Part shown: in pieces, positions 55,385-64,000 of the stretch
Position numbering within the stretch: the first letter of the stretch is position 1
Layout: each line of letters starts with the position of its first letter
Virus record (IMG/VR): IMGVR_UViG_3300019373_000210
Span: 3,520 to 67,519 of that record
DNA length: 64,000 nt
Direction: 5' to 3' (one strand)
Origin: a virus
Lineage: Duplodnaviria > Caudoviricetes
Made by a program: the position numbers and the translations under genes
Notes under the pieces: model-generated
Seen by the model: the letters and a program-made list of their open reading frames with translations, nothing else
Told to the model about the DNA's origin: nothing
The model's database searches: none

Positions 55385-55850
55385 TAGAAGGTGAAAATGC
55401 AGAAGGCGAAGGCCATCCCCGCTTTCCATGCGAAGGTGAAGAAAGGGAAGGCGAAACCCAGCCCCGTTTTCCATGGGAACACGAGGATTCGGAAGATGAA
55501 GCCCAAGCTCGCTTTCCGTGCGAAGGTGAAGGTTTGGAAGGTGACGTCCGGTCTCGCATTCCATGGGAAGGTGAAGGTGCGGAAGGTCCCGCCCATCCAG
55601 GCCATTTGCTTTCAGGAGGTGAAAATCCCGCCCGTTTCCATGGCGAAGGTGGCGAAAATGCCGCCCGGTTCCAAACTCAAGATTTGGAAGGTGAAGCCGA
55701 GCCCCGTTTTCCATGGGAAAAGCCCGCCCGTAACCATGGCCATGCAGAAGATTTGGAAGGTGAAGGTGAGGAAGGGGGAGGCGAAGCCCATGCCCTGGCT
55801 TCGCCTCCTTGCCTTCCATGGGAGGGTGAAAGTTCGGAAGATGACGCCCC
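55385..55850. repeat. Degenerate 45-bp-period repeat array between terL and portal
   Basis: Units start at 55421, 55466, 55511, 55556; further partial units to about 55845; same core as the portal insertion. Confidence 0.85.
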
Positions 55851-55851
55851 A

Positions 55852-57138
55852 TCATGCACCCCTCAAGGCGTCGTCCATGCAGGCGTAGCGCACGGCGTCG
55901 ATGGAATGGTCGTTGCCGTCGGGGATGTTGTCGATCCAGTTCCCTTCCTTGTCGCGCTCGAACTCCTTCAACGTGAACTCGGCGAAGGTGAGCGGGCAGC
56001 GCTTGGAGTCGATGACAATCTCCCGCAGCCCCGCCAGCCATTCGTACGAAAGCCGCCTCATCCGGGCCTTCCGCGCCGCGTGGATCCGGATGCCAAGGTC
56101 GCGGCGGTACGTCGACATCTGCACCTTTGAATCCGGTGTGTCGTCGCAGTACACGATCTGGTCGTGGAAGTAGGGCTCTCCGCCCTCCTCGTCGGCGTAG
56201 GTCAGCGAATCCACCACGATCTGCCCGGTCTCCGCCGGCATCATCTTGTTGGCCGAGTGCTCCTCGAACACCAGCAGCCGCCGAGCGCCAGGCTCCCAGG
56301 CGCAGCGAACGAAGCGCCACGGATCCGGAAACCAGCCCCAGTCGATCCCGTTGCGCACGCGCTCGAAGTTGCGGATGCGCGAGTCGGAAAGCCTCGCGTC
56401 GTGAACGTTGTCGAATACGGCGCCGCCGGTGCCGACGATCTCTCCCAGGTACTCCCAGCGCCAGGCCGTCTCGTTCGTGTCGCGAAGGTACTCGGCCTCC
56501 TCGATGAATGGCGCGCCCAGCCATTCCGGATGAGACTCGATTACGTCAAGGTAAGACGAGCCGCGAACCAGGGTGTCATCCCTGCGCTTGCGTTCCAGCA
56601 GCTCCACGTTCACCCAGGACCACATCGTCTTCGGCGGGTTATACGAATAGAACACCCAGAAGCGGTCCCCGCCACGGCGAAGCGAGTTCAGGATCGAGCG
56701 CACGGCGTCCAGACCCTCGAACTGATCGAGCTCTTCGAACCAGATCCCAGCACAATACCCCCTCGTGAACTTCACGCCCTTCAGCTTCAGCGGGTCATCG
56801 GCCCCCCGGAAGACGATGCGCTGCCCGGTCGGCGTGTACACGATCTCCATGGGCGATACCTTCGCCCGGAATACGCTGTCGAGCCCCAGGACCTCGATGG
56901 CCCACAAGACCTGCTGGTAGACCGAATCGCGAAGGGTGTTGCCGAACCGGCGCACCACCACGGCGTTCGTCTGCGGGAAGGCGATGATCAGCATCACCAG
57001 GCACACGGATATAAACGAGCTCTTCGTCGAGCCGCGCCCACCGTGAAGCCAGTAGTGGGTATGCCCGTGGGCCATCACGTCGGAAAGCACGGGATGGAAG
57101 CGCTCGATGACGTAGTCGCTAACCTTCGTCACGGCCAT
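55852..57138 (-). CDS. terL: Terminase large subunit, PBSX family
   Basis: GGRGSTKS, VVVRR, IWFEE, YSYNPP, IDWG, DHSIDAVRY; start ATG 57138. Confidence 0.93.
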   Translation of the reverse strand: MAVTKVSDYVIERFHPVLSDVMAHGHTHYWLHGGRGSTKSSFISVCLVMLIIAFPQTNAVVVRRFGNTLRDSVYQQVLWAIEVLGLDSVFRAKVSPMEIVYTPTGQRIVFRGADDPLKLKGVKFTRGYCAGIWFEELDQFEGLDAVRSILNSLRRGGDRFWVFYSYNPPKTMWSWVNVELLERKRRDDTLVRGSSYLDVIESHPEWLGAPFIEEAEYLRDTNETAWRWEYLGEIVGTGGAVFDNVHDARLSDSRIRNFERVRNGIDWGWFPDPWRFVRCAWEPGARRLLVFEEHSANKMMPAETGQIVVDSLTYADEEGGEPYFHDQIVYCDDTPDSKVQMSTYRRDLGIRIHAARKARMRRLSYEWLAGLREIVIDSKRCPLTFAEFTLKEFERDKEGNWIDNIPDGNDHSIDAVRYACMDDALRGA

Positions 57139-57592
57139 CGCCGTCACCTCCGTCCCATTTCTCGCCCTCGTTGGCCTTGGCGCCAGCATCCTCGTCCTCG
57201 TCGGTCATGACCTCCAGTTCTAGGCCAAGCGTCAGCTGCACGGGCTCGTCGGCCTTCTCCTCGCGCCGGTCGGTCTTGCCGAACTCCAGCGGGTACTTGC
57301 GTTCGAGCAGCCAGGCAGCCGCCGTCCAGTGCTGCGGGCGCATCGACGCGTTTCGTATCGTGACCAGGAGGTTCTTCTTGTAATCGACCTCGGCCTTTTT
57401 TAGTTGGTCGCATAATGCGCGTTTCGCAGACCCGGCGCGAGCGTCCTCGCCCTCCTTCAGCCAGCGGTAGAAGGTAGACTTGTGGACGCCCAGCGCCTTG
57501 ATGATGTCGGCGTCGCAGAGGCCGTCCTTCTTCAGGGCGACCGCACGGTCGACCATCTCGTATGTCAGCTTCGTCTTTCTCATGCCGGGCAT
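57119..57592 (-). CDS. terS: Terminase small subunit (HTH)
   Basis: IIKALGVHKSTFYRWL HTH, HWTAAAWLLERKYP; directly upstream of terL. Confidence 0.75.
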   Translation of the reverse strand: MPGMRKTKLTYEMVDRAVALKKDGLCDADIIKALGVHKSTFYRWLKEGEDARAGSAKRALCDQLKKAEVDYKKNLLVTIRNASMRPQHWTAAAWLLERKYPLEFGKTDRREEKADEPVQLTLGLELEVMTDEDEDAGAKANEGEKWDGGDGDGRDEG

Positions 57593-57594
57593 TT

Positions 57595-58083
57595 TCAGCC
57601 CATGTCACAAATCGGCCAGCAGCACGCCGAAAAGTGCCTGCAATCAGGGCATTTGCAGCCGTCTCCACCCCGCTTCCGCTCGAACTTGGTGGGCAGCTCG
57701 TACTCGTCGCGCAACCGCTCCGCCTTCTTGCGCAGCGCCGCCCGCTCCCGCTTTATGCCGGCGATGGTCTCGGGGTCGTTCGACCTTTCCGCCTCGCGCA
57801 GCAGCACTTCGATGTATGCGACGTCTTCGGCGAGCCGCAGCTTCTCGTTGCAGACAGGGCAAAGGCCGCTCTGGTAGTTCAGCACCACGCCGATTGCCCC
57901 GCATTCGGGGCAGACGGGTTTGATTCGCAAGCTGGCGTGGATCACGTGCGCATGCTGCTGGATGGCGCGCACGCTGCGGCGAACGCCGCATTCCGCCTCG
58001 ATGGCGTCGGCCACGGCCTCGGCTCCCAGGTGCCCGTATTCGCGGATCATCTCCTCTTGGCGGACAGTCCAGAAGTTCGTCAT
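57595..58083 (-). CDS. Hypothetical Zn-ribbon protein (possible late regulator)
   Basis: FWTVRQEEMIRE HTH-like start, CPEC and CPVC pairs, C-terminal CKCPDC. Confidence 0.65.
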   Translation of the reverse strand: MTNFWTVRQEEMIREYGHLGAEAVADAIEAECGVRRSVRAIQQHAHVIHASLRIKPVCPECGAIGVVLNYQSGLCPVCNEKLRLAEDVAYIEVLLREAERSNDPETIAGIKRERAALRKKAERLRDEYELPTKFERKRGGDGCKCPDCRHFSACCWPICDMG

Positions 58084-58260
58084 CTGGACCACCACCCCGT
58101 CACGGGCGACATCCCATCCAGCCCGGGGCATGGCATGGATTGCAGGGCGGGCGGTCTTCCGCGCCCGCCTGCTTTCCATGCCGACGCAACTACCCTTTCA
58201 TTCATATTTATATAAGGGCGAAAGGGAGGTCTCCACCCGTTCAATGAAGGGGTTGAGGGG

Positions 58261-59436
58261 TTAGCCATCGTCCTCGCTCCCTCCGCGCCGGATGACCTTG
58301 GCCTTGCTGCCACCCTCCGGGCTGTCTCGCATGAACCTCTTGCTCTTGTCGAGCCAGCGGTTCACGGTGGATGTTGACCAGCCGAGGGCCCGTTCGACCT
58401 CGTCGCGGTATACGAAGCCGGAAGTACCGATCAGGCGGTCGCATACGGCTTCGAGCGAGGCGATCTTGCCGACGTTCTCGGCTTCGAGACGAAGCCGCCT
58501 GGCCTCGGACGCCCCGCCGAAGTTCGGCTTGCAGTCTTCGAGAAGCCCGGTCTCGTCAACCTTGTGCAGCGGGAACACGAACCATGCGTCGAGCGGCGGT
58601 TTCGGCGGGAACTCTCGCAAGGTGAAGGAGATGCGCCACCCCGTCAGGTGCTTAGTTGCCGCAAGTGAGTTGAGTTCGCGTGCCATCTGCAGCGTGCCGG
58701 GTTCCAGGACGAGCTCGGTCATGTCGAGCACGGCGTCGGGCGCGCGTCCGAAAACGCCCGACCCGGAAGACCGGTCAATCGCGCTCTTCATGCCCTGGGC
58801 GCCCTTGGAGTGGTGGTGGGATATCACGACGGTGCAGCCGAGCCCCACGCACAGGCTGTCTAGCTTGGCGAAGAACTCGCGTATGTCGCGGGCGTTGTTC
58901 TCGTCGCCGTCCTGGATCATGTACGCAGGGTCGAGCACGACCATGCCGAAGTCGCCCGGGCGGCAGCGGGAGAACAGCTCGGCTGCGACCTCGCCCAGGC
59001 TGCACGACTTCCCGCGCAGCGGCCAGACGATCAGGTTCTCCGCAACATCGCTCTCGCTCGCGCCCTTGGCGTACGCGACGGTTGATATGCGCCGTTGCAG
59101 CGTGCGCGCGTCGGTCTCGAAGTCGACATAGAGCACGCGCCGCTTCGCGCAGCGGAAGCCCAGCCAGTACGTGCCGGTGGCGACGCTCTCGGCAAGGGCT
59201 ATGAGGCACCATGTCTTGTTCGCCTTCGACGGCCCGGTGAGCAGCATCTTGTGGGTTTCCAGAAGCACGCCCTCGATGATCTCGTCCGGCATCTCAGGAA
59301 GCTCGTCCGCCTTCACGATGGCCCGCTCGAAGGGCGGAAGCCCCGAGCCCGTAGTTGCCGTAACTTCTTCGGCCTCGCAGGGGGATTCGGCGGCCTCGAT
59401 CATCTGGGCGGCGTACTTCTCCTTGCTAGCGCCCAT
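58261..59436 (-). CDS. RepA/AAA_25 replicative helicase
   Basis: LLTGPSKANKT, VLYVDFE, VVLDP, ISHHHSKG, SSGSGVFGRAPD; start ATG 59436. Confidence 0.88.
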   Translation of the reverse strand: MGASKEKYAAQMIEAAESPCEAEEVTATTGSGLPPFERAIVKADELPEMPDEIIEGVLLETHKMLLTGPSKANKTWCLIALAESVATGTYWLGFRCAKRRVLYVDFETDARTLQRRISTVAYAKGASESDVAENLIVWPLRGKSCSLGEVAAELFSRCRPGDFGMVVLDPAYMIQDGDENNARDIREFFAKLDSLCVGLGCTVVISHHHSKGAQGMKSAIDRSSGSGVFGRAPDAVLDMTELVLEPGTLQMARELNSLAATKHLTGWRISFTLREFPPKPPLDAWFVFPLHKVDETGLLEDCKPNFGGASEARRLRLEAENVGKIASLEAVCDRLIGTSGFVYRDEVERALGWSTSTVNRWLDKSKRFMRDSPEGGSKAKVIRRGGSEDDG

Positions 59437-60520
59437 CTCGCCACCTCGTGCGGTACAGCACAAGCCCGGTGCCGGGGGCCGGCTGCGCCTCAAAGTCCCA
59501 TTCCTTGCCCTCGCCGCGCATGAGCCACTCGTCCATGTCCTTCGCGCCGTCAGGGTAGGGAGGCACGGGGTTGCACGCCACGCCCATGCGCCCGAGGTTA
59601 CCGCAAATTTGCTCGGCGGTCTTGCGTCCCTCGTCGTCCTCGTCCATGCAGACGACGACCTTCCCCGGGCGCTTGTCGGCGTCAGTGTGGTACAGGACGC
59701 TCGCCAGGCGCTTCGCGTTGGCAACGCCGCCGAGGGCCACGACGGGGTAGTTGACCACCTTGGCTATGGCCATGGCGTCGATCAGGCCCTCGGCCACCAT
59801 CACCACGGGAAGCGATGCGGAAAGCATCCACTCGTTCCAGAGGGGGCTCGCGACGCCCTTGGGCCTCCATTCCTTGTTGCGCACCTCGCCGCGGCTAATC
59901 GTGCGCACCATGCAGTAATGGGCCTCGGTGAAGTCCCGGTTCCAGAAGGGGATCGTGATGAAGCCCAGCGCCTCGGGCTCGTACACGCGGAACTGGGGCA
60001 TTATCTCCCTGGGATCCCGCGTGAATCCGAGGCCCCATCGGGCTGCGTCGTCGTCATCGAGGCCACGGTATCGCAGGTAGCGCCGGCCGACCTCGTTGCC
60101 GGGCGTGTACAGGTTCCCGAACGCCCAGCCGCATTGCTCGTAGCAGTTCTCCGCGCCGGCCTCCCTCGGGGGATCGAACGGCGGCCTCGGTTTCTTCTTG
60201 GGCCTCGGCCTGGGCTCTTGCCCCGTTCCATCGTCGTCTCCCAGCCGGTAGCCGACGATGTCGGCGACAGCCCTGGCCTGATCGGCGAAGCCGCTTATGC
60301 CGTCAGCCTCGCCGATTAGACTGAAGACGTCCCATGTCTTGCCGCATCCGAAGCAGTGGACCGTGTTGCCGTTCTCGTAGTAGTGCGCGGAAGGGTCGCT
60401 GTCCTCGTGGTTCGGGGACAGGCAGCTGAAGGAGCGGTTCAGGTTCGTTATGCCGAAGCGCTCGTGCAGCAGGTCCGGCATCGACTCGCGCAGGTCGTCG
60501 CGCTCGCGCTCGCTAATCAT
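59426..60520 (-). CDS. DNA primase (CHC2 Zn finger + TOPRIM)
   Basis: FSCLSPNHEDSDPS..HCFGCG, VAEGLIDAM, CMDEDDEG. Confidence 0.9.
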   Translation of the reverse strand: MISERERDDLRESMPDLLHERFGITNLNRSFSCLSPNHEDSDPSAHYYENGNTVHCFGCGKTWDVFSLIGEADGISGFADQARAVADIVGYRLGDDDGTGQEPRPRPKKKPRPPFDPPREAGAENCYEQCGWAFGNLYTPGNEVGRRYLRYRGLDDDDAARWGLGFTRDPREIMPQFRVYEPEALGFITIPFWNRDFTEAHYCMVRTISRGEVRNKEWRPKGVASPLWNEWMLSASLPVVMVAEGLIDAMAIAKVVNYPVVALGGVANAKRLASVLYHTDADKRPGKVVVCMDEDDEGRKTAEQICGNLGRMGVACNPVPPYPDGAKDMDEWLMRGEGKEWDFEAQPAPGTGLVLYRTRWRDGR

Positions 60521-60701
60521 GTCGCCACCCCCTGCCCGCACTCATGTAGACCTTGTCGGCGCGAAGGTTGCCGCAATTAATGGGAGTTGCGGTCATATAA
60601 TCCGAATCGGAGCGCACAGCGCCCCGGCATCCCGCGTCCTGCAGCCGGTCGCCCGCCAAAGCCCTGGCTGCAGGTCGCATGCCAACAGTCGCCCTCATCA
60701 T
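60513..60701 (-). CDS. Possible 62-aa hypothetical protein
   Basis: ATGA overlap with xis stop; its stop overlaps the primase start. Confidence 0.35.
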   Translation of the reverse strand: MMRATVGMRPAARALAGDRLQDAGCRGAVRSDSDYMTATPINCGNLRADKVYMSAGRGWRHD

Positions 60702-60952
60702 GCCCCCTCGCTCTCTACCACGTAGTCGATCAGCGCCTGCTTCGTTATGCGCACGCGCGTGCCCACATGGAAGCTGCGAAGCCGGCCCCGGTCTATCTCC
60801 CGCTTGATCGTCTGGCGCGCCACGCCCAAGAGCTCGGCCGCCTTCTGCATGTCGAAGGTGTCGGGCGCGTCGGCGAACAGGCCGCCCGGCTGCTCGGGCG
60901 GCACGTCGGTCAGGTAGACCAGCCTCCCTCCGGTGGAAATCGCCTCTGCCAT
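60698..60952 (-). CDS. xis: Excisionase-like HTH_17 protein
   Basis: FDMQKAAELLGVARQTIKREIDRGRL..HVGTRVRITKQAL. Confidence 0.85.
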   Translation of the reverse strand: MAEAISTGGRLVYLTDVPPEQPGGLFADAPDTFDMQKAAELLGVARQTIKREIDRGRLRSFHVGTRVRITKQALIDYVVESEGA

Positions 60953-61165
60953 CTAGGCCACCTCCCCTCCGTCGTCCTCGCGCTCGAACAGCTCCCGCCA
61001 GTCGCCGTCCCATCCGACGGCGTCGGCGATCGCCCGCCCGCGCTTTGGGTAGGGCGGCTCCAGGCCGCGCACGATGCGGGACACAGCGGGCTTTGCGATG
61101 CCCGTCTTCTTGGCAATCGCCGCCTGCGTCCCTCTCTCCTCGCAGATCTTTTCGATACGCAACAT
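60953..61165 (-). CDS. Cro-like HTH regulator
   Basis: TQAAIAKKTGIAKPAVSRIVRG; start ATG 61165. Confidence 0.85.
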   Translation of the reverse strand: MLRIEKICEERGTQAAIAKKTGIAKPAVSRIVRGLEPPYPKRGRAIADAVGWDGDWRELFEREDDGGEVA

Positions 61166-61271
61166 TTCTTCTCCTTTCTGCTTGCAGTTGCCGTAACGTT
61201 GCGGTACCATTCTCACATCGGAAATGTACTTGTTAAACACGACATTGCAGGGACATTTGAAAGGAGGGGAA

Positions 61272-62360
61272 ATGGTCGTCGAGGACATGGTCCAGCAGGC
61301 CTTCTACAACGGCAGCGCCGTCGGCGACGTGACGTTCTCCGACGTGCTCATGCTCGTGGGCGAAGACGCGGGGATCCCGGAGGTCGCCCAGCGCTTCGAG
61401 GGGGCCGACCTCCTGCCCGATTACCTGTCCGCGCGCGCGAGGTCACTGCTGTCGCTGCATGGGACGTTCGGGGAGGGCGCGGCCGCCGCGCATGCCAAGT
61501 ACACGGAGCTCCTGAAGCTGCGTGTTGATGATGCGGAGGGGCGCGAGCGGGATCTTGAGACGCTTCGCATGTTCGTCCGCGAGGCCTTCGCCCTGTTCGA
61601 GCTCCTTCAGAACGAGGAAGAGCACCCGGTGACGTCTGCGACGCTCGACGCGCACGGGATAGCCCGGGCCCGCAACGGGAAGGGCAAGGTCGACCTGACC
61701 GCTAGCTACCTGCTGCCGGCATGCGATTACCTGCAATTCCTCTCGGATGGCTGCGACACGCTTTCGGCTCGCCCGTTCTTCTGCGATTGCCGCGTGGAGC
61801 CGCTGGATTCGGATGACGGACGCGATGCCGTTCTGGGGTGGTCCGCCAACAGGGGCGGCGCACGCATGTCGTTCACCGTGCACGGACTGCCCGCAAACGA
61901 TGCTGGATCTAAGCGGTTCATGGGCTACCTGCTCAAGTTCCTGCTCGACGTGCACCTGCACGACGTCCAAGTCGTCACCTACGACACCGGCAAGCAGCTG
62001 TGCGTGGCCAAGCACGCGGTTGCCGCCACATGGGTCTGCCTGCGCGAAGAGCTCTCCGGCGCCCGCGCCGGCGTCTGCCGCGTGTGCGGCAAGCCCTTCA
62101 TCGCGTCCAACGAGCGCAAGGAGAAGGCCCGCTACTGCCAGCAGGGAGGCACCTGCGCCAAGGCGTTCGCCCGCGCGCGCAAGGTGCTCGGGGCAGTCAA
62201 CGAGGGCTCCGACCTGGAAGACGCGCTCGACGGAATCGGCAAGATCAGCCGCCGCAAGCTCGCCGACATAGCGAGTCGCAACTACTACGTGCTGTCGTTG
62301 GAATTCCCCAACGTGGACATGGAGACGCTAGAGCGGAAAGGAGGCGACGCCCGAAAGTAA
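61272..62360 (+). CDS. Regulator with C-terminal CGNR-like Zn finger, in the repressor position
   Basis: ATG 61272 after AAGGAGG RBS; CRVCGKPF..KARYC..TC..AFAR; divergent from cro. Confidence 0.7.
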   Translation: MVVEDMVQQAFYNGSAVGDVTFSDVLMLVGEDAGIPEVAQRFEGADLLPDYLSARARSLLSLHGTFGEGAAAAHAKYTELLKLRVDDAEGRERDLETLRMFVREAFALFELLQNEEEHPVTSATLDAHGIARARNGKGKVDLTASYLLPACDYLQFLSDGCDTLSARPFFCDCRVEPLDSDDGRDAVLGWSANRGGARMSFTVHGLPANDAGSKRFMGYLLKFLLDVHLHDVQVVTYDTGKQLCVAKHAVAATWVCLREELSGARAGVCRVCGKPFIASNERKEKARYCQQGGTCAKAFARARKVLGAVNEGSDLEDALDGIGKISRRKLADIASRNYYVLSLEFPNVDMETLERKGGDARK

Positions 62361-62413
62361 ACAGGCACCACCGGCAACGTAAACCACGATTCAAGGAAAG
62401 GAGAGAAGAAGAA

Positions 62414-63784
62414 ATGCCACGTAAGAAAAAGAAGAAGCAGCGTGAAACGTACGGAGACGGGTCTATTACCCCGAAACTTGGTCCTGACGGCACTCAGAGG
62501 TTCGACCGCAAAGGTCAACCCGTCTGGCAGGTCAGCGTTTTTCTAGGCGAAGAGCAGTACGTTGACGCCAACGGCAAAACCCGGAAACGCCAGAAGCGGG
62601 TCAGGCGCGATTACCACGGAACGTTAGCCGGAGCTCGCAAATTTAAGGACGACCTCGCCGACCAATACGAAAACGTCGACCTTGAAGCAGCGGAAGGTTC
62701 CTTCGAGTGGACTTATAAGAAGTGGTTGACAGCCATGCGCAACGCGAATATTGCTAGCGCGGAAGTTATCAAGTCATACGAGACGCGTCTAGGCTATATG
62801 TCGAAACAGTTTGGCGGTAAAGCGATTATCGAGATAACGGCAACGGATGTTGACGATGCTATTGCGGCGATAAGGACCGAAAGAAACCTCTCGAATACCA
62901 CGCTTCATAAAGTGTTCGCTGTTACAAAGCGGGTTTTCGACTTTGCCATAACGCGCGACTGGCTGGTAAAGAATCCTTGCGCTGCAGCAATGTCCCCGAA
63001 AGAAGACGAGGTGACGAACCGCAACTCTCTTTCAGCCGCAGACGGCGCCAAGCTGCGCTCAAAGTTGGACGAGAGCGAGCTAGAAGCGTATGAAAGCTTC
63101 TCCGCCAAAGAAGAGCGCCAGAAGCTCAACGGAAAGTCAAAGGGCCGCTCTTGCGTGCGCGGCATCAGCGGAATAGCAAGCATAATCGCCATCAGAATCA
63201 TGCTTGCCACTGGCATGCGTCGCGGCGAAGTGTGCGGCCTCGTCTGGGGCGCCGTCAACTTCGAGAACGGCCAGATTTGCGTCAGGCAGTCGCTCACCGC
63301 TCGTGTGAAGGTGAAGACCACCAAAACCGAAAGCGGCATCAGAAGGCTTGCTATAGACGCCGATACGATTGCCCATCTGCTCAAGTGGAAGGCATTCCAG
63401 GCCGAAGCCCTAAACAAGATCATGGTCGATGGAGCCTGCGTCTCCCAGGACGAGGACACGCCCATCGTGTGCAACGATCTGGGCAACTGGCTCGATCCCA
63501 CAAACCTTGGTCGCTGGTGGGACAAGTATCGCCAGACCATCGGGTTCCCCACGCTCAAAATGCACGAATTGAGGCATACACAAGCCACAATGCTCATCGG
63601 CAATGGCGCCGATATCAAGACCGTGGCCCATCGCCTCGGACACAAGAAAGAGACTCTGACTCTCTCCCAATACGCCCACGCGATTCCCGCGAACGACAAG
63701 GCCGCAGCCGATCTTATCGGCTCGCTCTTCGGCCAACCCTCCAATGCCGGTTCCGGCGTCAAATCCTTTAAGAGAACTGCTTAG
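62414..63784 (+). CDS. int: Tyrosine integrase
   Basis: GDGSI arm-binding start; TGMRRGEVCGL, KTTKT, HELRHT, RLGH, TLSQYAH catalytic residues; start ATG 62414. Confidence 0.95.
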   Translation: MPRKKKKKQRETYGDGSITPKLGPDGTQRFDRKGQPVWQVSVFLGEEQYVDANGKTRKRQKRVRRDYHGTLAGARKFKDDLADQYENVDLEAAEGSFEWTYKKWLTAMRNANIASAEVIKSYETRLGYMSKQFGGKAIIEITATDVDDAIAAIRTERNLSNTTLHKVFAVTKRVFDFAITRDWLVKNPCAAAMSPKEDEVTNRNSLSAADGAKLRSKLDESELEAYESFSAKEERQKLNGKSKGRSCVRGISGIASIIAIRIMLATGMRRGEVCGLVWGAVNFENGQICVRQSLTARVKVKTTKTESGIRRLAIDADTIAHLLKWKAFQAEALNKIMVDGACVSQDEDTPIVCNDLGNWLDPTNLGRWWDKYRQTIGFPTLKMHELRHTQATMLIGNGADIKTVAHRLGHKKETLTLSQYAHAIPANDKAAADLIGSLFGQPSNAGSGVKSFKRTA

Positions 63785-63800
63785 GTACAACCAAAATGCG

Positions 63801-63823
63801 AATTTCCACCAAAATTTCCACCA
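63801..63823 (+). repeat. Tandem AATTTCCACCA x2, candidate integrase arm-binding sites
   Basis: 63801-63811 and 63813-63823, between the int stop and the tRNA 3' end. Confidence 0.6.
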
Positions 63824-63834
63824 CTTTGATTTTT

Positions 63835-63870
63835 AAAGAAAACAGGCCAGAGAAACTAGCCTCTGACCTG
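63835..63870 (-). terminator. Intrinsic terminator downstream of tRNA-Ala
   Basis: Minus strand CAGGTCAGAG-GCTAGTTT-CTCTGGCCTG followed by TTTTCTTT. Confidence 0.75.
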
Positions 63871-63877
63871 CGATTTT

Positions 63878-63953
63878 TGGTGGAGCATAGGGGGATCGAA
63901 CCCCTGACCTCAGGCTTGCAAAGCCCGCGCTCTCCCAGCTGAGCTAATGCCCC
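63878..63953 (-). tRNA. tRNA-Ala (TGC), CCA encoded; integration target
   Basis: GGGGCATTAGCTCAGCTGGGAGAGCGCGGGCTTTGCAAGCCTGAGGTCAGGGGTTCGATCCCCCTATGCTCCACCA, 76 nt cloverleaf. Confidence 0.97.
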
Positions 63954-64000
63954 ATGTGGCGCCCTTGCGTCGTGCGCTCGGGCGCAGGCTGCGCTTCTTG

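Larger units (their letters stand above)
1..63877 (-). mobile_element. Integrated prophage/prophage-like element with about 46 kb internal cargo; left boundary outside the window
   Basis: Integrase abuts the tRNA-Ala 3' end; replication, packaging, head, neck and baseplate genes in siphophage order; all genes from 61165 leftward are co-oriented on the minus strand. Confidence 0.9.

Noticed and set aside
55385-55850. 45-bp periodic repeats as a CRISPR array
   Set aside because: No constant repeat/unique spacer alternation, degenerate codon-phased variation, same unit inside the portal ORF, no cas genes
54350-56130. Plus-strand acidic FPWEGE-repeat ORFs
   Set aside because: Antisense to portal and terL; variable positions change W/C in this frame but are silent in the minus-strand SPSHG frame
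58142-58175. GC-rich hairpin as a terminator of the replication operon
   Set aside because: T-tract is on the plus strand while the genes are on the minus strand
62000-62413. N-terminal extension of the integrase ORF
   Set aside because: Overlaps the Zn-finger gene; ATG 62414 gives a normal integrase start

Overview
The window is almost entirely one integrated prophage-like element from a high-GC bacterium (Coriobacteriia-like Actinomycetota is my inference from style only). It sits at the 3' end of a tRNA-Ala(TGC) gene (63878-63953, minus strand) and runs off the left edge. Right arm (53.7-63.8 kb): tyrosine integrase, a Zn-finger regulator, Cro-like and Xis-like HTH genes, primase, AAA_25 helicase, TerS, PBSX-type TerL and SPP1-type portal. 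Left arm (under 8 kb): scaffold, major capsid, neck genes, Dit, Tal, a collagen-containing fibre and a BspA-like protein. No tail-tube or tape-measure gene is visible. About 46 kb of co-oriented cargo lies between portal and scaffold: an ADP-ribose module, a Ter stress-response cluster (4 TerD, ATP-grasp/HAD/StiP/PRTase/HpcH genes, TerY-PP2C-kinase triad, P-type ATPase), type III R-M, a catalytically degenerate DnaB and a YhcG nuclease. Best candidate for a new system: nested in the Ter cluster is an ESX/type VII-like toxin module without membrane-channel genes (multi-domain FtsK, HerA-like ATPase, triple EccA/SpoVK-like AAA, three helical proteins sharing an FGxxA turn motif, papain-fold toxin plus candidate immunity gene). 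Notable non-coding signals: a 409-bp two-fold-symmetric fold-back (50705-51113), a 25-bp palindrome present both inside yhcG and at its operator position, and a degenerate 45-bp 'SPSHG' repeat family in and upstream of the portal gene. All assignments come from motif reading and recalled family knowledge; no searches were run.
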